A stretch of 45,362 nt of DNA from an uncultured Nitrososphaeraceae archaeon (GCA_963825865.1 CAWGVG010000059.1:1-45362); one strand, 5' to 3'; numbered from the stretch's first letter, positions 1-11,128 are shown. Made by a program: numbers and translations. Notes: a model not told the origin generated them from the sequence alone.

Positions 1-777
1 GGTATCGCTTGTAAGCCCATTTGGGTTTTCAAAAGGATGACCAGAATTTGAAACAAAAAATCCCCCACCGTTGTGCCCAAGCATCTTTATAGATTCCAGA
101 GAGGCTACTGGGCCTATTGTAAATGTTTGATTATGACCTTCTAAAGTCCTATCTATCGTTACAGATGAATTAAGGGCCTGTGGGACTCCAACGTACATGA
201 GCAAAAGAGAGGATAGAAATGCTACTGGTAATAATAGAGTTAAAATGACTCTAATAAAGTCAACATAAAAATTACCTAATCCAAAGTTCTTTCTTATAAA
301 GGCTCTGATAAATGCAAATCCAGCTGCCATAGCTGATGCGGGAGCTACGAACATCGGAAAGGTAATGGCAATCATCTGTGATAATATTGAAAGTTGCTGA
401 TCACCAGCGTAGTGTTGAAGATCAGTATTGGTAATGAACGAAGCGGCTGTATGAAATGCTAAATCAATCGATAATCCCTTTAGTCCTGGCGTTGCTGTTG
501 GAAGCACATTTTGAATCAAAAATATTATAAAAATAATTACTGCTACAATACCGTCTGTTAAAACAAGAGCAAACAAATATTCTTTCCATGTCATTTGCTT
601 GTCTTTGTCTATTCCAATGATTTTGTAAAATCCACTTTCTGTTCTTGCAAGTGGCTTTTCTAAAGGTCTCATTTCATAGGAAATCATCCTGGCAATATAA
701 AGACCAAAAAGGACTGCCATCCCTAATGATCCTCCAAAGAGGACACTAAGTTGTACTATTGGTTCCACATAGGTCAC
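1..777 (-). CDS. kdpA: K+-transporting ATPase subunit A (N-terminal part, runs off the window)
   Basis: Manual translation from GTG at 777: MTYVEPIVQL...AFHTAASFITNTDLQHYAG...LGNFYVDFIR...GPVASLESIKMLGHNGGGFFVSNSGHPFENPN, the KdpA signature motifs. Confidence 0.95.
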   Translation of the reverse strand, partial: MTYVEPIVQLSVLFGGSLGMAVLFGLYIARMISYEMRPLEKPLARTESGFYKIIGIDKDKQMTWKEYLFALVLTDGIVAVIIFIIFLIQNVLPTATPGLKGLSIDLAFHTAASFITNTDLQHYAGDQQLSILSQMIAITFPMFVAPASAMAAGFAFIRAFIRKNFGLGNFYVDFIRVILTLLLPVAFLSSLLLMYVGVPQALNSSVTIDRTLEGHNQTFTIGPVASLESIKMLGHNGGGFFVSNSGHPFENPNGLTSDT

Positions 778-847
778 TCACTATTTTTTAGCAAATCCAT
801 TTACAATTAATAGATTGGATATATCTTGTTCATTCATGATAACATCC

Positions 848-1159
848 TCATCTTGATTCCCTGATTTGGTAACGATCTAAATATCTGACTGATGTATCTA
901 TCAATACTCTTTCGTTATCATGCTCTCTAACATAATAAGTAGGAATGACATATTGTTGTTGCCCGCTTCTTCCATTACGTATTATAGTCATAAATTGATT
1001 CTCAACCCTACTAATATATCCAATATCGACCATTTCACATGAGATGACTTTTTTGTTTATCAAATCATAATCATCATCATTCCACTTAGACAATTTTTTT
1101 ACCTGTACAAGGGATTGGGATTTTGATTGTGTTATATGATGATTTGAGGCAAACGTCAT
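848..1159 (-). CDS. Hypothetical protein, PRC-barrel-like
   Basis: Likely start is ATG 1159 (MTFASN). LINKKVISCEMVDIGYISRVE...YVIPTYYVREHDNERVLID resembles a PRC-barrel pattern. Co-oriented and upstream of kdpA. Confidence 0.55.
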   Translation of the reverse strand: MTFASNHHITQSKSQSLVQVKKLSKWNDDDYDLINKKVISCEMVDIGYISRVENQFMTIIRNGRSGQQQYVIPTYYVREHDNERVLIDTSVRYLDRYQIRESR

Positions 1160-1332
1160 ATTGGCATCTTCTGATTTCTGTTGTTCTTGTCTTCTCCTTC
1201 CATTTTCAAAGTTTGTAAAAATATATTTCTTCCACCAGTCGACTGATAGTACTGTTTTGCCAAAAAGTGATCCATAGTCAAGCTGGAACCTATTGCAGTA
1301 ACGATCAAGATTTTTGTGTCCACATAGGTCAC
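1156..1332 (-). CDS. 58-aa ORF resembling the KdpA N-terminus
   Basis: Starts with the same 14 nt as kdpA (GTGACCTATGTGGA). MTYVDTKILIVTAIGSSLTM vs MTYVEPIVQLSVLFGGSLGM. Its stop overlaps the next ATG (ATGA). Confidence 0.4.
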   Translation of the reverse strand: MTYVDTKILIVTAIGSSLTMDHFLAKQYYQSTGGRNIFLQTLKMEGEDKNNRNQKMPI

Positions 1333-1925
1333 ATAAATCAGCCAAGCAAGATACAGAGATTAATAGTTTATGAAGGACAAAAAACAAGAGAATTAAAGAT
1401 TTTTTCGGAAAACTTTTAAATATACATATATTAACGTAATTAGTATATAATATTTATATCACTAAATCAGAAAAACCTTTTTCTTAAAGAAAAGAGATAG
1501 ATATCGTAACTTAAAGCCTTCAATTTTTACGGTCAAAAAACCACAACTTTAGTTCGAAGTCAAAAATCTGTAAAAAATGTCACATATCCTAATGTTTTAG
1601 ATATACTTTTAAGAAAAAAGTATTATTTAACGTGTTACTCTTAATAAATCATTTAGTTATTGCAAAATCTATAACATCTGACGCTATAAATAAAATGTTG
1701 ATTGCTGCTTGCATGTATGTATAAATAAAATTCTATATATGTCATGTGTTGATTTAGGTAAAATGGATGGCTTGACCTTTCGATTTAGTCTTATGTCCTG
1801 TCAGTAATAATGATGTAGAAATAATACCTCCACTACCTCCACCATAAACAAATTCGTGCTCAAATTTAGTCCAAAAACGGAGGAGAATATTTATTGAAAA
1901 TAGTGCAGGTCCATTCGATCACTTT

Positions 1926-2429
1926 TTGTGGCTTAACTTAGTAAATCTAAACGGCAGTAACAGTAGTACAGAAATTAATGAAATGATAAAATCGTTAGTA
2001 ACACACAAAGTTCCAATAGACCCAACTTTGGATATATACGAAGCAATGCTAAAGGATAATAAAAATGATCAATACCTATGGTCTAAAGTGTTACAATTAA
2101 CCAAAATGATGTATGATAACGGGGTAGAAGTTCTTTCAGGAACTGACATTCCAAACTTTGGACTAGTTTCTGGAGAAAGCCTACATCATGAACTAGAGCT
2201 CTTAGTAGAGGCAGGTATTAGTCCTTTGAGTGTTATTAAGATTGCAACAAGAAATGGAGCAGATGCTCTAGGCATATTAGATAAAGTAGGAACTATAGAA
2301 CCTGGAAAAGAAGCAGATATGATTGTCGTTGAGGCAAATCCTGTTGACAATATAAGTAATACAAAGAAGATTGAAGCAATAATAAATGATGGAAAGTTTG
2401 TTGATAGAGAAAAATATATTATTGAATAA
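1926..2429 (+). pseudogene. Amidohydrolase (imidazolonepropionase-like), C-terminal portion only
   Basis: SGTDIP, LHHELELLVEAG, ATRNGADALG, GTIEPGKEADMIVVEANP motifs. N-terminal metal-binding part is absent. Confidence 0.75.
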
Positions 2430-2621
2430 ATGAGACCATGTTGCAAATCCAGTATAGAAGACATAATCAAAGAAAAAATAGCATAAGAATTGGAATAGGA
2501 CAAGCAGTAGATATAATACTATAATAAATCTATACAATCTGCTATCAAAAGCCTTTTAGCTATGTGTATAGTACATTCTACTAGTATGACTGGTAGTACT
2601 ATTGTTGCTGCTACGATTGAT

Positions 2622-2909
2622 ATGACTGTAAAACTAGGAATCACTTTGCCGAAATCAATTCTACTAAAGATTGACCAAAGACTTGGCGATATTGCCAGGA
2701 GCAGGTATATTCGAAGGGCAGTTGAAAGATATCTTGGTAGTAGTAGTAAAGACATAGACGACAAGGATTACAAAGGAGTAGGAGCAGGAGCTTTGATGTA
2801 TCCTAGTAGCAATAGTTCCCACCTTTTCGGCTCTGGAACAACTCTATTAGCTATGTGGTTATATTCCTATAGCAAACTGAATATACCGCTGATAACTATG
2901 GGAACATGA
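2622..2909 (+). CDS. Ribbon-helix-helix (CopG-like) protein
   Basis: MTVKLGITLPKSILLKIDQRLGDIARSRYIRRAVERYL is an RHH pattern. C-terminal tail doubtful. Confidence 0.65.
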   Translation: MTVKLGITLPKSILLKIDQRLGDIARSRYIRRAVERYLGSSSKDIDDKDYKGVGAGALMYPSSNSSHLFGSGTTLLAMWLYSYSKLNIPLITMGT

Positions 2910-3567
2910 TTCTGTAAGCATTTGCTATCTATTCCAACTTCTTTTTTAAACTTGCTTTATCAAAATTTGTGTTATTCATCGGATTTTGTAAGGAACCAAA
3001 AGAGGTATTGTATAGTATTAGATGATAACAAGACTACGGTAACAAAGACCGCTCTAAAAATAGGAGCATGTTTGAGATAGATATATTTATATCCATTCAT
3101 GCATGTGTTATATGGAGCATAGGTTTATCTGTTTGCTAACGATTATGTAAAAATGGGATCATATAGGGAGGTATTATCAAAATTAGCTGTCGTACTTCTA
3201 GAATATCTGTCCTAAGCAATATTCAAAAGTTTTGTAAAATTCATTTCAGCAATTCGCCAATCATTCTATTGTCTTATATTGACTTTCATTTGGTCTTGAC
3301 CTTCAATTGCTTTTGACTTGCTCTTTGTCATTTGGACCTGAATTCTCTACTATTGCTACTAATCCTTGTATAGAGACTTCTTTTGTACATCCGATAGTTC
3401 CGTTCTATCACTCTCGCTTGCTATATCATTAATGGAATATTTGGTTAGAAAGCGACTAAGACTAAGATTGAACCAGACTTTGGATGCCTGTAACCTTGCT
3501 ATGGAGGAGCTACTGCTGCTAATTACAATAACATTAATGTTAAGAGCTACGGATCTCTGTTTCAGCA

Positions 3568-4272
3568 TTGTCTCCCTCTCTTGATCATCAAGAAACCTTA
3601 AGCGGTTCCAAAAAATTGACACTTGTCAAGTTCTCTGACATTAATACCGTAGGCATCGATGACGGGCGCAGATTTTATTTAAGTAAACCAACAAATCTGT
3701 CACAATGTCAGATGAATAATTTACCCGACATCTCCTCGGTAAGTTATATTAGTGATGGAAGAATTTTAAATGCCACTTTTTGGCTCCATCAACCAGAACG
3801 TTTCAACAATACTTTTTCTGGGTATCCACTTCAAAATGCAAGCCAAATACACCAACAATTATTAAGAATAGAAGTCGAGTCGTCAAAATACAAGACGACC
3901 AAGGAAGCAATAATTAATGAAAATAAAAGTTTGCAAAGAGAAAATTTTACTGATTTAAAGATGGTACAATATACTCCTCTAGGACTGAATAATAATCAAG
4001 CATATAAATTAGAATTTACTGGAAAATTGAAGCCTTTATTCGGAGATTTCAGTATCAAATTAATAGATGTTGTAATGGTAGAAGATAAAAAGTTGTATAA
4101 GATTCAGTTTATAGCAGAAACAAATCAATATGCTCCTATGTTGCAGACCGTAAACGAGATAATAAATTCCTTCCAAATATTAAAAAAACAAATAACTATG
4201 AGTAATTCTTCATCAAACTCACCATCAGCTCAGAACCTCGAAAAGGATAGTAAGATTATCACTAGAGGGTGA
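3568..4272 (+). CDS. PsbP-like domain protein, probably truncated
   Basis: LGLNNNQAYKLEFTG...IDVVMVEDKKLYKIQFIAETNQYAPMLQTVNEIINSFQI fits a PsbP-like fold. Confidence 0.55.
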   Translation: MSPSLDHQETLSGSKKLTLVKFSDINTVGIDDGRRFYLSKPTNLSQCQMNNLPDISSVSYISDGRILNATFWLHQPERFNNTFSGYPLQNASQIHQQLLRIEVESSKYKTTKEAIINENKSLQRENFTDLKMVQYTPLGLNNNQAYKLEFTGKLKPLFGDFSIKLIDVVMVEDKKLYKIQFIAETNQYAPMLQTVNEIINSFQILKKQITMSNSSSNSPSAQNLEKDSKIITRG

Positions 4273-4291
4273 TAACAGGCCTAAGAATCAT

Positions 4292-4411
4292 GAAGTAACA
4301 ACGCAATCATCCAAAGACACGCAGGCTTTCAAGTTATTTTTAGAAGGCAAAAGGCCTGTAGACGTGGCTATTGCGCTAGACCTATTAAAAGAATGTTCGG
4401 AGAACATATAA
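4292..4411 (+). pseudogene. Fragment of an HTH/coiled-coil hypothetical family
   Basis: Manual translation SKDTQAFKLFLEGKRPVDVAIALDL, an HTH-like segment with no start codon. Confidence 0.45.
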
Positions 4412-5369
4412 CAGTCTAGAAAATTTCCTAACATGGTAAAGGAGATCCTCCTAAAAGCAACTCTGTATAACATGTTCAATCGAATGACATAATAACCATC
4501 TGCATAAATGAATTAAATCGTAATTGATCATGCAAGAGCACTACACGACATAAATCAGCGCGGAATCTGGCGGCATGGGCTTAGGCACCATAATAGCAAT
4601 CAGTGTATCTAACACTTACAGGTGAACAAACATTTGATAATGTATGTTCAAATCTTGTTCCTACCAATGTTAATCTAGCTGGACAGTGTTGACCACTTAC
4701 AAGTCGAACTCCAAACGTAGAATTCCGATCTGCTAATGGAGAGACAGGGTCTTTCTTGGCTACGGTATTCTGCACTCCATAAACAGTGTTGTATGACCTT
4801 TTGATACTGCTGATGCAATATAGTATTTAGTAATAATATAGTAACAAAAGGTATGTCTAAAATCACGGGTGGACAACTTTCATCCCCGGATGTTCTGATT
4901 CTAAATAACAACAATAGTGAATGCAAACCAAGATAATGATAATCAAAAGCTCAACCCAAGGTTATTAATTACGATACAATCATCCCAGAAGGAAATGAAC
5001 CATTTATCGGCAAATTTACAGATATAGTATGCTTGTACTCACTCATAAGGGAAGAATAAGAACTGAGTTTTACAAATCTCTCAATAGCTGTAGTTTTGAT
5101 ATTGCTAATATAATACGGGCTACCAACCTTGACGTCGAATTATTCATTTTGCATTTGTGTTTATCAAACCTTATCTCCTATTTTCTTCTAACTAAACGAT
5201 CTTTCCCAAAAGTAATGTTCCATGGAAGTTAGGTCACGCGACTTTTGTAAATCATCCGTCTTGTTGATGACCTTCAGACTTCCAAAATTTAACAACAAGA
5301 ATATTTGCGAGAAAATCAACCGGCATTGACAAACAAATATATTTATTTGAATGTTATTCTTTCAAACAG

Positions 5370-5660
5370 TTGTCTTACTATGTTATTTTATGGAATTTCA
5401 CCGAACAAGGAATAAAAAGTCTAAAGGATTGTTTACAAAATATTGAAATTTTTAAAGGCTACACGGAAAGAAGAGGAAATCCATATCATGGTTCTTTTTA
5501 TTCGTTTGGACAGTATGATGCTGTATCATTGGTAGAGTCTGATGATGATAATACTCTAAGATACGATTTGTTACAAGCTGAAAAGCAGGGTAATGTACGT
5601 TCAACGACTCTTAAGTCTATAACACTCGAAGAAGCTATCAAACTTGCAGAAACTATATGA
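5370..5660 (+). CDS. GYD domain protein
   Basis: YYVILWNFTEQGIK...FGQYDAVSLVESDD...GNVRSTTLKSIT. Confidence 0.85.
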   Translation: MSYYVILWNFTEQGIKSLKDCLQNIEIFKGYTERRGNPYHGSFYSFGQYDAVSLVESDDDNTLRYDLLQAEKQGNVRSTTLKSITLEEAIKLAETI

Positions 5661-6464
5661 AGTCTATAATATTTTAAGTATTCTGCAATGCGTATTCATG
5701 TCAATGAATAGTCATGCTGGGATTTAACTATTATTCAAAAAACTGTAAGTGTTCAGCTGTCAATCTTATAAGTTCAAAGGTTATATTGTGAATACGTTTA
5801 TGCGAATCATATAGGTTAGCTGTTGTTTTGGCAGTATGAACTCCGAATGTGATACCATTTCTTGTATCATAAGACTTTGTTACTACTACGCTTGGCGGAA
5901 TAGGAGGACTAAAAGATGTATCACATAAGTGCTCAAGTCAATGATGTACGATGTGTGGTTACAGATGCGAGTGGAAAAGCCATTGGTATATTCAGATATG
6001 ATTCAATCGCAGCATTTATGAAATAATTGACTAATATTTCTGGCACTATTCCTAACTATATAAAAGACATATGCATGGAAACAACTTTTGTATTGAGCAG
6101 CATGACACCTACATTTATGGATACGTGACTTACGATAAAAGTATACTCCTAAATCATATTTCTATTCACACGTAGGACATCTATGAGTTGACATATATGC
6201 AACAAACAACAAACAACCACGCCTTGACTGCAACTGCTTTGTTGCATGATTCAGAAAAATCGTATTGTTAAGTGTTTACAGGATAAACTATGAATGACTT
6301 GGATGCGAAGTAATCACTTTTAGCTTCTCAAACAATTTATTCTGTTTTTGATTTTCTAGAATACTTACTCTCTTCTTTTGGTTTTTGAACTTCACTAATT
6401 AATCATTAACAAAGTGGTTCAGATTTTTCACACTTACGACTACATATCATTCACTCACTCAGCT

Positions 6465-6962
6465 TTAGAAAACCTGATTTGTTGTTATAGTAGTAGTATT
6501 TGTTGGTGTTGTTTCCTCTTCCTCTTCCTCTTCCTCTTCTTCTGTATCTGTATCTACACATGATGGTCCTGTCTTACTTTTCTTAATTTTTTCATTTTCT
6601 GCTACAAACCTAATAGCATCATCAACTACTGTTGCATTTGTGAGTAAGTCTAGCTTCATCGAATAACACTCCTTAGCTAGTGACAAAGCTTGTATCTTCT
6701 CCCTTCTATCTTCTGCCTGCTGCGAAGTGTTCCATGCTTCCCTTAGGATTGCTGTCAGCCCAACAAGACACTTCTCGTACTCTTCTGGCAGCCTTTCGTC
6801 AATGTATCTTTTGATGTTGGACTTTGCCTGCTGCCTTAGGTTTACTGTACCAATACTTACTTGCAATATGGATGCCATTTCTGGCTGGCTATGGCCTTGG
6901 CTGTCAAGTTCGGCTACTTTACATCTTCGCCATTGAATCTGCCTTTCAAGTTTTGTGCTCAA
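6465..6962 (-). CDS. HTH protein, terminase small subunit-like (solo copy 1)
   Basis: N-terminal HTH, helical middle (LSLAKECYSMKLDLLTNATVVDDAIRFV), acidic tail ending TTNQVF. Paralogous to 20206-20808 and 14468-14750. Confidence 0.7.
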   Translation of the reverse strand: MSTKLERQIQWRRCKVAELDSQGHSQPEMASILQVSIGTVNLRQQAKSNIKRYIDERLPEEYEKCLVGLTAILREAWNTSQQAEDRREKIQALSLAKECYSMKLDLLTNATVVDDAIRFVAENEKIKKSKTGPSCVDTDTEEEEEEEEEETTPTNTTTITTNQVF

Positions 6963-7091
6963 GCTTTCAACATTCTCCTTTGTAAGTTACTATGGCTTTC
7001 AATTTTCCTGCTTAGGATATACGGCAACTCTATCTTTTTATCCTTCAACTATACTTCGAGAAGGAAAGTTTTATTCATTTCGTGGTTGGGA

Positions 7092-7390
7092 TTACCACCA
7101 CGACGGTGATGTATATGCATAGTCCAATCTAGTCGATTTGTTGACAATATGAAAGAAAGCTATTACTGGCAGTACCATGCTGCTAGCGGGAGATATTGCA
7201 TACTTTACCGTCTCATAGTTGTCTGCATAAATTAATACTCTATTGCATTTACCAAGAGCTTTAACAACTATCTCGCGCTGCTCTTCAATATCTTTCTTTT
7301 CAAACTCACTGACTGGTAGTTGTATTCCAAGCTTCTTAGCCATATCAAATAGAAACGAGCCAAAAGATGAGAAAAGAGTAGAAGGTGTTT
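7092..7390 (-). pseudogene. Internal fragment of an NB-ARC/STAND-like NTPase
   Basis: FGSFLFDMAKKLGI...VVKALGKCNRVLIYADNYETV resembles the Walker B region of STAND NTPases. Walker A is absent. Confidence 0.45.
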
Positions 7391-8151
7391 TTAAACCAAT
7401 TATGTCTCTGCATGTTAAAGAAAAGTCTAAGTATGATATATATTACTAGTAATATTTATAATACTATTACTCTATTAATAGAATATGGTTTCACAAAACC
7501 AGCAGAATTTCGATAATATAGATGATGAATTAGTGCTATTTCGCGTATGTTTTTACCCTGAGGCTGTAAATGGCTATATCATTCAAAAAGAAGATAATTT
7601 GTGAGACTTACTGAACTATCTTCAACTCCATCAACCCATCAATTACTAGCTGTAGGATTTAAATTTATACATCTGCTTGCGAAAGTAAGATTGACTGGGA
7701 CTATTAATTCTAAGCATTAGTTAGAATGAGCATGTCGAATTAAATATTGGGTAGTTAAGAGGACATGCAATAAATTAGAATTTTGATATGATTGAATTTG
7801 CGATCATTAATTATCTGTTTTGGCAACAGAAATTTCATACTGTCACCGTAGTAAGCCTTGACACAGTCTTTGATACATTGGATGAAACCTCCGACTTGCT
7901 ATTTTTGCAAGAGAGAAGATTTAGACTAATTCAACCTTCTCACCTGAATCGTCATCCAAGATGATTCCAGGATATTTAATATTGAATATCGATGTATTAG
8001 TTTTATTTGAAGAGATTAATCTTTTGCACTGTCTCGCCTGTATATCGACTTCAAGCGCAGATATGTTCGATACAAAAAAATAGAAAACTAAAATAAACCC
8101 ACAGGCAAACGCCTCTGGCAGTTTTTATTCTATTCTTTGTCTTCGGTTAGT

Positions 8152-8706
8152 CTAAAAATTTCTTGTAGTCTCTCTAGATGTCTGCTCAAATGTTTTTGCC
8201 GCATTAACACCTATTCTGGATAATTCCTTTGTGTTATCTCTTGCATGCTGCACGGTTGCCTTGAATGTTTCCATATTTGCAAATATCATGTTATTTGCTA
8301 GTCTGGTTGCAGCAATTGTATTATCTGCCAGACCACTAACTACTTTTGCATAAGCTTCTGTCACTCTTCTTGGAGATATCCAATAATTCCAAAACACCCC
8401 ATATGCATTCTCTGCAAATGGAACCCAGGCTGACTGTAGTGAATTGATAATCTCTTTTTGTGATTCTAGATAATTATCTGCAATTTCTCTACTGGCCTGG
8501 ATAGTTTGTTCTTGATAATCATTAACTGCTTGGGTATATCGTGGAACCTGACTTCTTGCTTCATCAGTTGCCCTTCTGACATTATCTTTAGTCTCGTTTA
8601 ATGCCTTATTTACTGACTGTCGGTAGTCTGTATTCCCTTCTGTAGGAGATATAGCTCTTGATGTTACCGTTGTCTCGTCCTTTCTTTCTTCTTTCTTTGA
8701 TGACAT
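8152..8706 (-). CDS. Alpha-helical hypothetical protein (phasin-like)
   Basis: Likely start MSSKKEE at 8706. Amphipathic helical repeats QSVNKALNETKDNVRR...YLESQKEIINSLQSAW. Confidence 0.65.
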   Translation of the reverse strand: MSSKKEERKDETTVTSRAISPTEGNTDYRQSVNKALNETKDNVRRATDEARSQVPRYTQAVNDYQEQTIQASREIADNYLESQKEIINSLQSAWVPFAENAYGVFWNYWISPRRVTEAYAKVVSGLADNTIAATRLANNMIFANMETFKATVQHARDNTKELSRIGVNAAKTFEQTSRETTRNF

Positions 8707-8969
8707 GATAATAATGATACTATATGTCCTATATAAATGATGGTATTTAATGGTATCAGATACCATATAATGACTGTTTTAGGTAATAGCAACATAATCT
8801 AGGAGATATCACGACCTTGATGGATTTTAAGACAATCCGGAAACGTGTTATGGCATCTCGGAAACATCACAGTACTCTATATTATAGCTTTTTTTCCTCT
8901 TCTTCTTGTTTTTTAGTGTTAGAGAATTTTTTTAATTATATGTTAATAATGTCTAGGAGATTACACATT

Positions 8970-10019
8970 AGATGTATTGCGTAATTACTAAAGGAAATCT
9001 CTTTATGATGGTTCGTTATAGTCCTGTTCTGTTAGAGTAACGTCCTATTAGTTCGCATCATTATTCTGAAATTTACCAATCCTGAAACAATGTCAGAAGC
9101 ATGATCATATCTTCCAAGCTTGTTTCTAAATTTCATACCCATTATTCCAAACTTTTTAATTCTGCTTACAGTATGCTCGACTATTATCCTTAATTTGGAA
9201 TGCTTTCTGTTATGTCTCTTTTCCTCATCTGAGAGTTCACTTTTCCTTTTTTTTCTAAATGGCAGTACAGACTTTACAGTGGGAAAGTCATTATGAACGC
9301 CCAAGTAACCAAGGTCAAACACATTTTCAACTTGAACTGGAGTTGTAGGATGTTTATTTTTGAAAACTTCATAATCATGTATTCTTCCCCGATCATGACC
9401 TGTCTTGTGTAGTATAGTACCCTCATTGTTTACCATATACTGTGTCTTGATAGTGTGTTTCTTCTTTTTGCCAGAATAGTAGCTTTTTCTCTTTCTCTTG
9501 TTCTTTGGTCTTGGTATCTCCTGTTCGGAACAGTCTATGAAAGCCTTGAAACCTGGAAAGTAATCTTCAACTTCATCTATAGTCCTAAGCCTTCTTGTAC
9601 GTTTATACAACTTCTTTGGCAATGGGATACACAGTTTGATAAGTGGTTCAAGCATAGATATATCTCTGCAAACATTGCTCTGATTAAGATCAAATAGAAA
9701 TTCTGAAAGTGTGTATGTAATGTACAGTCTGTAATAGACTAAAAGCATCAAGAATCTTTCTTTGGCTTTCAGTTTGAATGGTCTACCAGCACCAACATCT
9801 CTTTCTCTTTTCCTATTGGAAAGACGCTTTCTTTCATGTTCATCATATTTTGATTCTATTTCTTTGGCAATAATATCAAATTCTGATACAACCAGTCCAG
9901 TAAACGATTTGAATAACAACGGTCTTCTTGATAATCGAGCGTAAGACATCAACGGAGTATCAAATATGTGCAGATCAATGGAGAATAAAGCTCTAAGCTT
10001 TCAATTACGCAAGAGGTCT
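8970..10019 (-). mobile_element. IS5-family-like (DDE_Tnp_4 type) insertion sequence, 1050 bp
   Basis: Imperfect TIRs AGATGTATTGCGTAATT / AATTACGCAAGAGGTCT (14/17). ATT direct repeat at 8967-8969 and 10020-10022. Confidence 0.85.
9032..9952 (-). CDS. Transposase (HTH_Tnp_4 + DDE_Tnp_4 type)
   Basis: FIDCSEQ, YSGKKKKHTIK, FDLGYLG, RIIVEHTVSRIKKF motifs. Confidence 0.92.
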   Translation of the reverse strand: MMSYARLSRRPLLFKSFTGLVVSEFDIIAKEIESKYDEHERKRLSNRKRERDVGAGRPFKLKAKERFLMLLVYYRLYITYTLSEFLFDLNQSNVCRDISMLEPLIKLCIPLPKKLYKRTRRLRTIDEVEDYFPGFKAFIDCSEQEIPRPKNKRKRKSYYSGKKKKHTIKTQYMVNNEGTILHKTGHDRGRIHDYEVFKNKHPTTPVQVENVFDLGYLGVHNDFPTVKSVLPFRKKRKSELSDEEKRHNRKHSKLRIIVEHTVSRIKKFGIMGMKFRNKLGRYDHASDIVSGLVNFRIMMRTNRTLL

Positions 10020-10566
10020 ATTTATTATAAATAAAAAATTATGCTTTGTCAACCTCAATATTTTATTAAAAAGATATGTTCTTCAAACTGATCAATGGCT
10101 TATAGAAGCGAGGATTAATAGCAGAGAATCAAATGATAGTAAAAGCAAGAAGGTTATAGCTATTAGAGCCGTCTACAGCCTTTTGGAATATCATCCAACT
10201 AAGATTTTTAAATGTTATAGTAGGTTATAGAAAGTATTACTAGATAATTAACCAACTAATGGCAAGAGTTGACTGTGTCGTACATAAATGAGGGTATACA
10301 CCTGGACAGACAGTATGCGACAACCAATAGGTATGTCGAGAACGAGCTCAAGAGCACGACAGGATGATCGAGAGGCTGATTATGTGCTGCTAGTTTATAG
10401 CTAGATTTTTAGACAGTATAGCTAATGTTATAATATGGAGCACAGCTAAATATCATTGTGTCCTCTACACTCCAGACAAAAAAATGAGCACGACTATAGC
10501 ATGTTATTAATAGGTTGAGATTCCAGGGAAACACAAAGTTCCCTACCATGAATACTAGTGCTTGTT

Positions 10567-10848
10567 TTATCCTTTGAAGGTACCTGTGAATATGGCTACT
10601 GAGCAAGTCCAGTCACCTTGACCAAAAATTACCATATAGGGATCGTTCTCAATATGGTTATCAGGAAATGCCTTAAAAAATTCTACAGCTTCATTTTTAT
10701 GTGAAGGTCGCCCTCTTGTTGGCTCAGATTTACCAGGCCAGTACACGGCGACATCTTCAGTATGACGTTTGTCAAATGTATCCCAGTTCTGGGAATTCCA
10801 CGCGTCATCCAGCGTCTTCATCAGTCGCTTGTTTTCTTCAACGCTCAT
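10567..10848 (-). pseudogene. SnoaL-like ester cyclase, 3' truncated
   Basis: EENKRLMKTLDDAWN...FFKAFPDNHI...GQGDWTCSVAIFTGTFKG, then a premature end. Confidence 0.75.
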
Positions 10849-10867
10849 TTGACCGGCATACAGACCG

Positions 10868-11128
10868 CTAAAAGAAAAGGATATCTCTGTTCTTCATGAA
10901 GAACTCGTAAGAGGAAGAAGAATGGATGTTGTGTTTGAAACCAATTTCATAGATCGGATTAACATCATCATCATCATAGTAATCGCCGCCATGGCTATTA
11001 GCTTTATAACTTCTATTGACTTGTAGTCCAAGGCTGTTTTCATAGAATGCCGTAGCTGTGTCAATATTTCTGACTCTTAATACTGGAGGTCCAACCCTCA
11101 TGTTGTCGGGTATCTTATATATAGCCAT
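10868..11128 (-). pseudogene. CatE-like VOC/glyoxalase N-terminal fragment
   Basis: VLRVRNIDTATAFYENSLGL. Near-copy of 41630-41871 including upstream DNA. Confidence 0.8.

Noticed and set aside
781-837. 18-aa ORF just before kdpA as KdpF
   Set aside because: MNEQDISNLLIVNGFAKK is too short and polar for a TM peptide.
6480-6545. GAAGAG and ACT/ACA short tandem repeats (also 18527-18550 and 33466-33483)
   Set aside because: Low-complexity coding tracts (poly-E, T, N), not an array.
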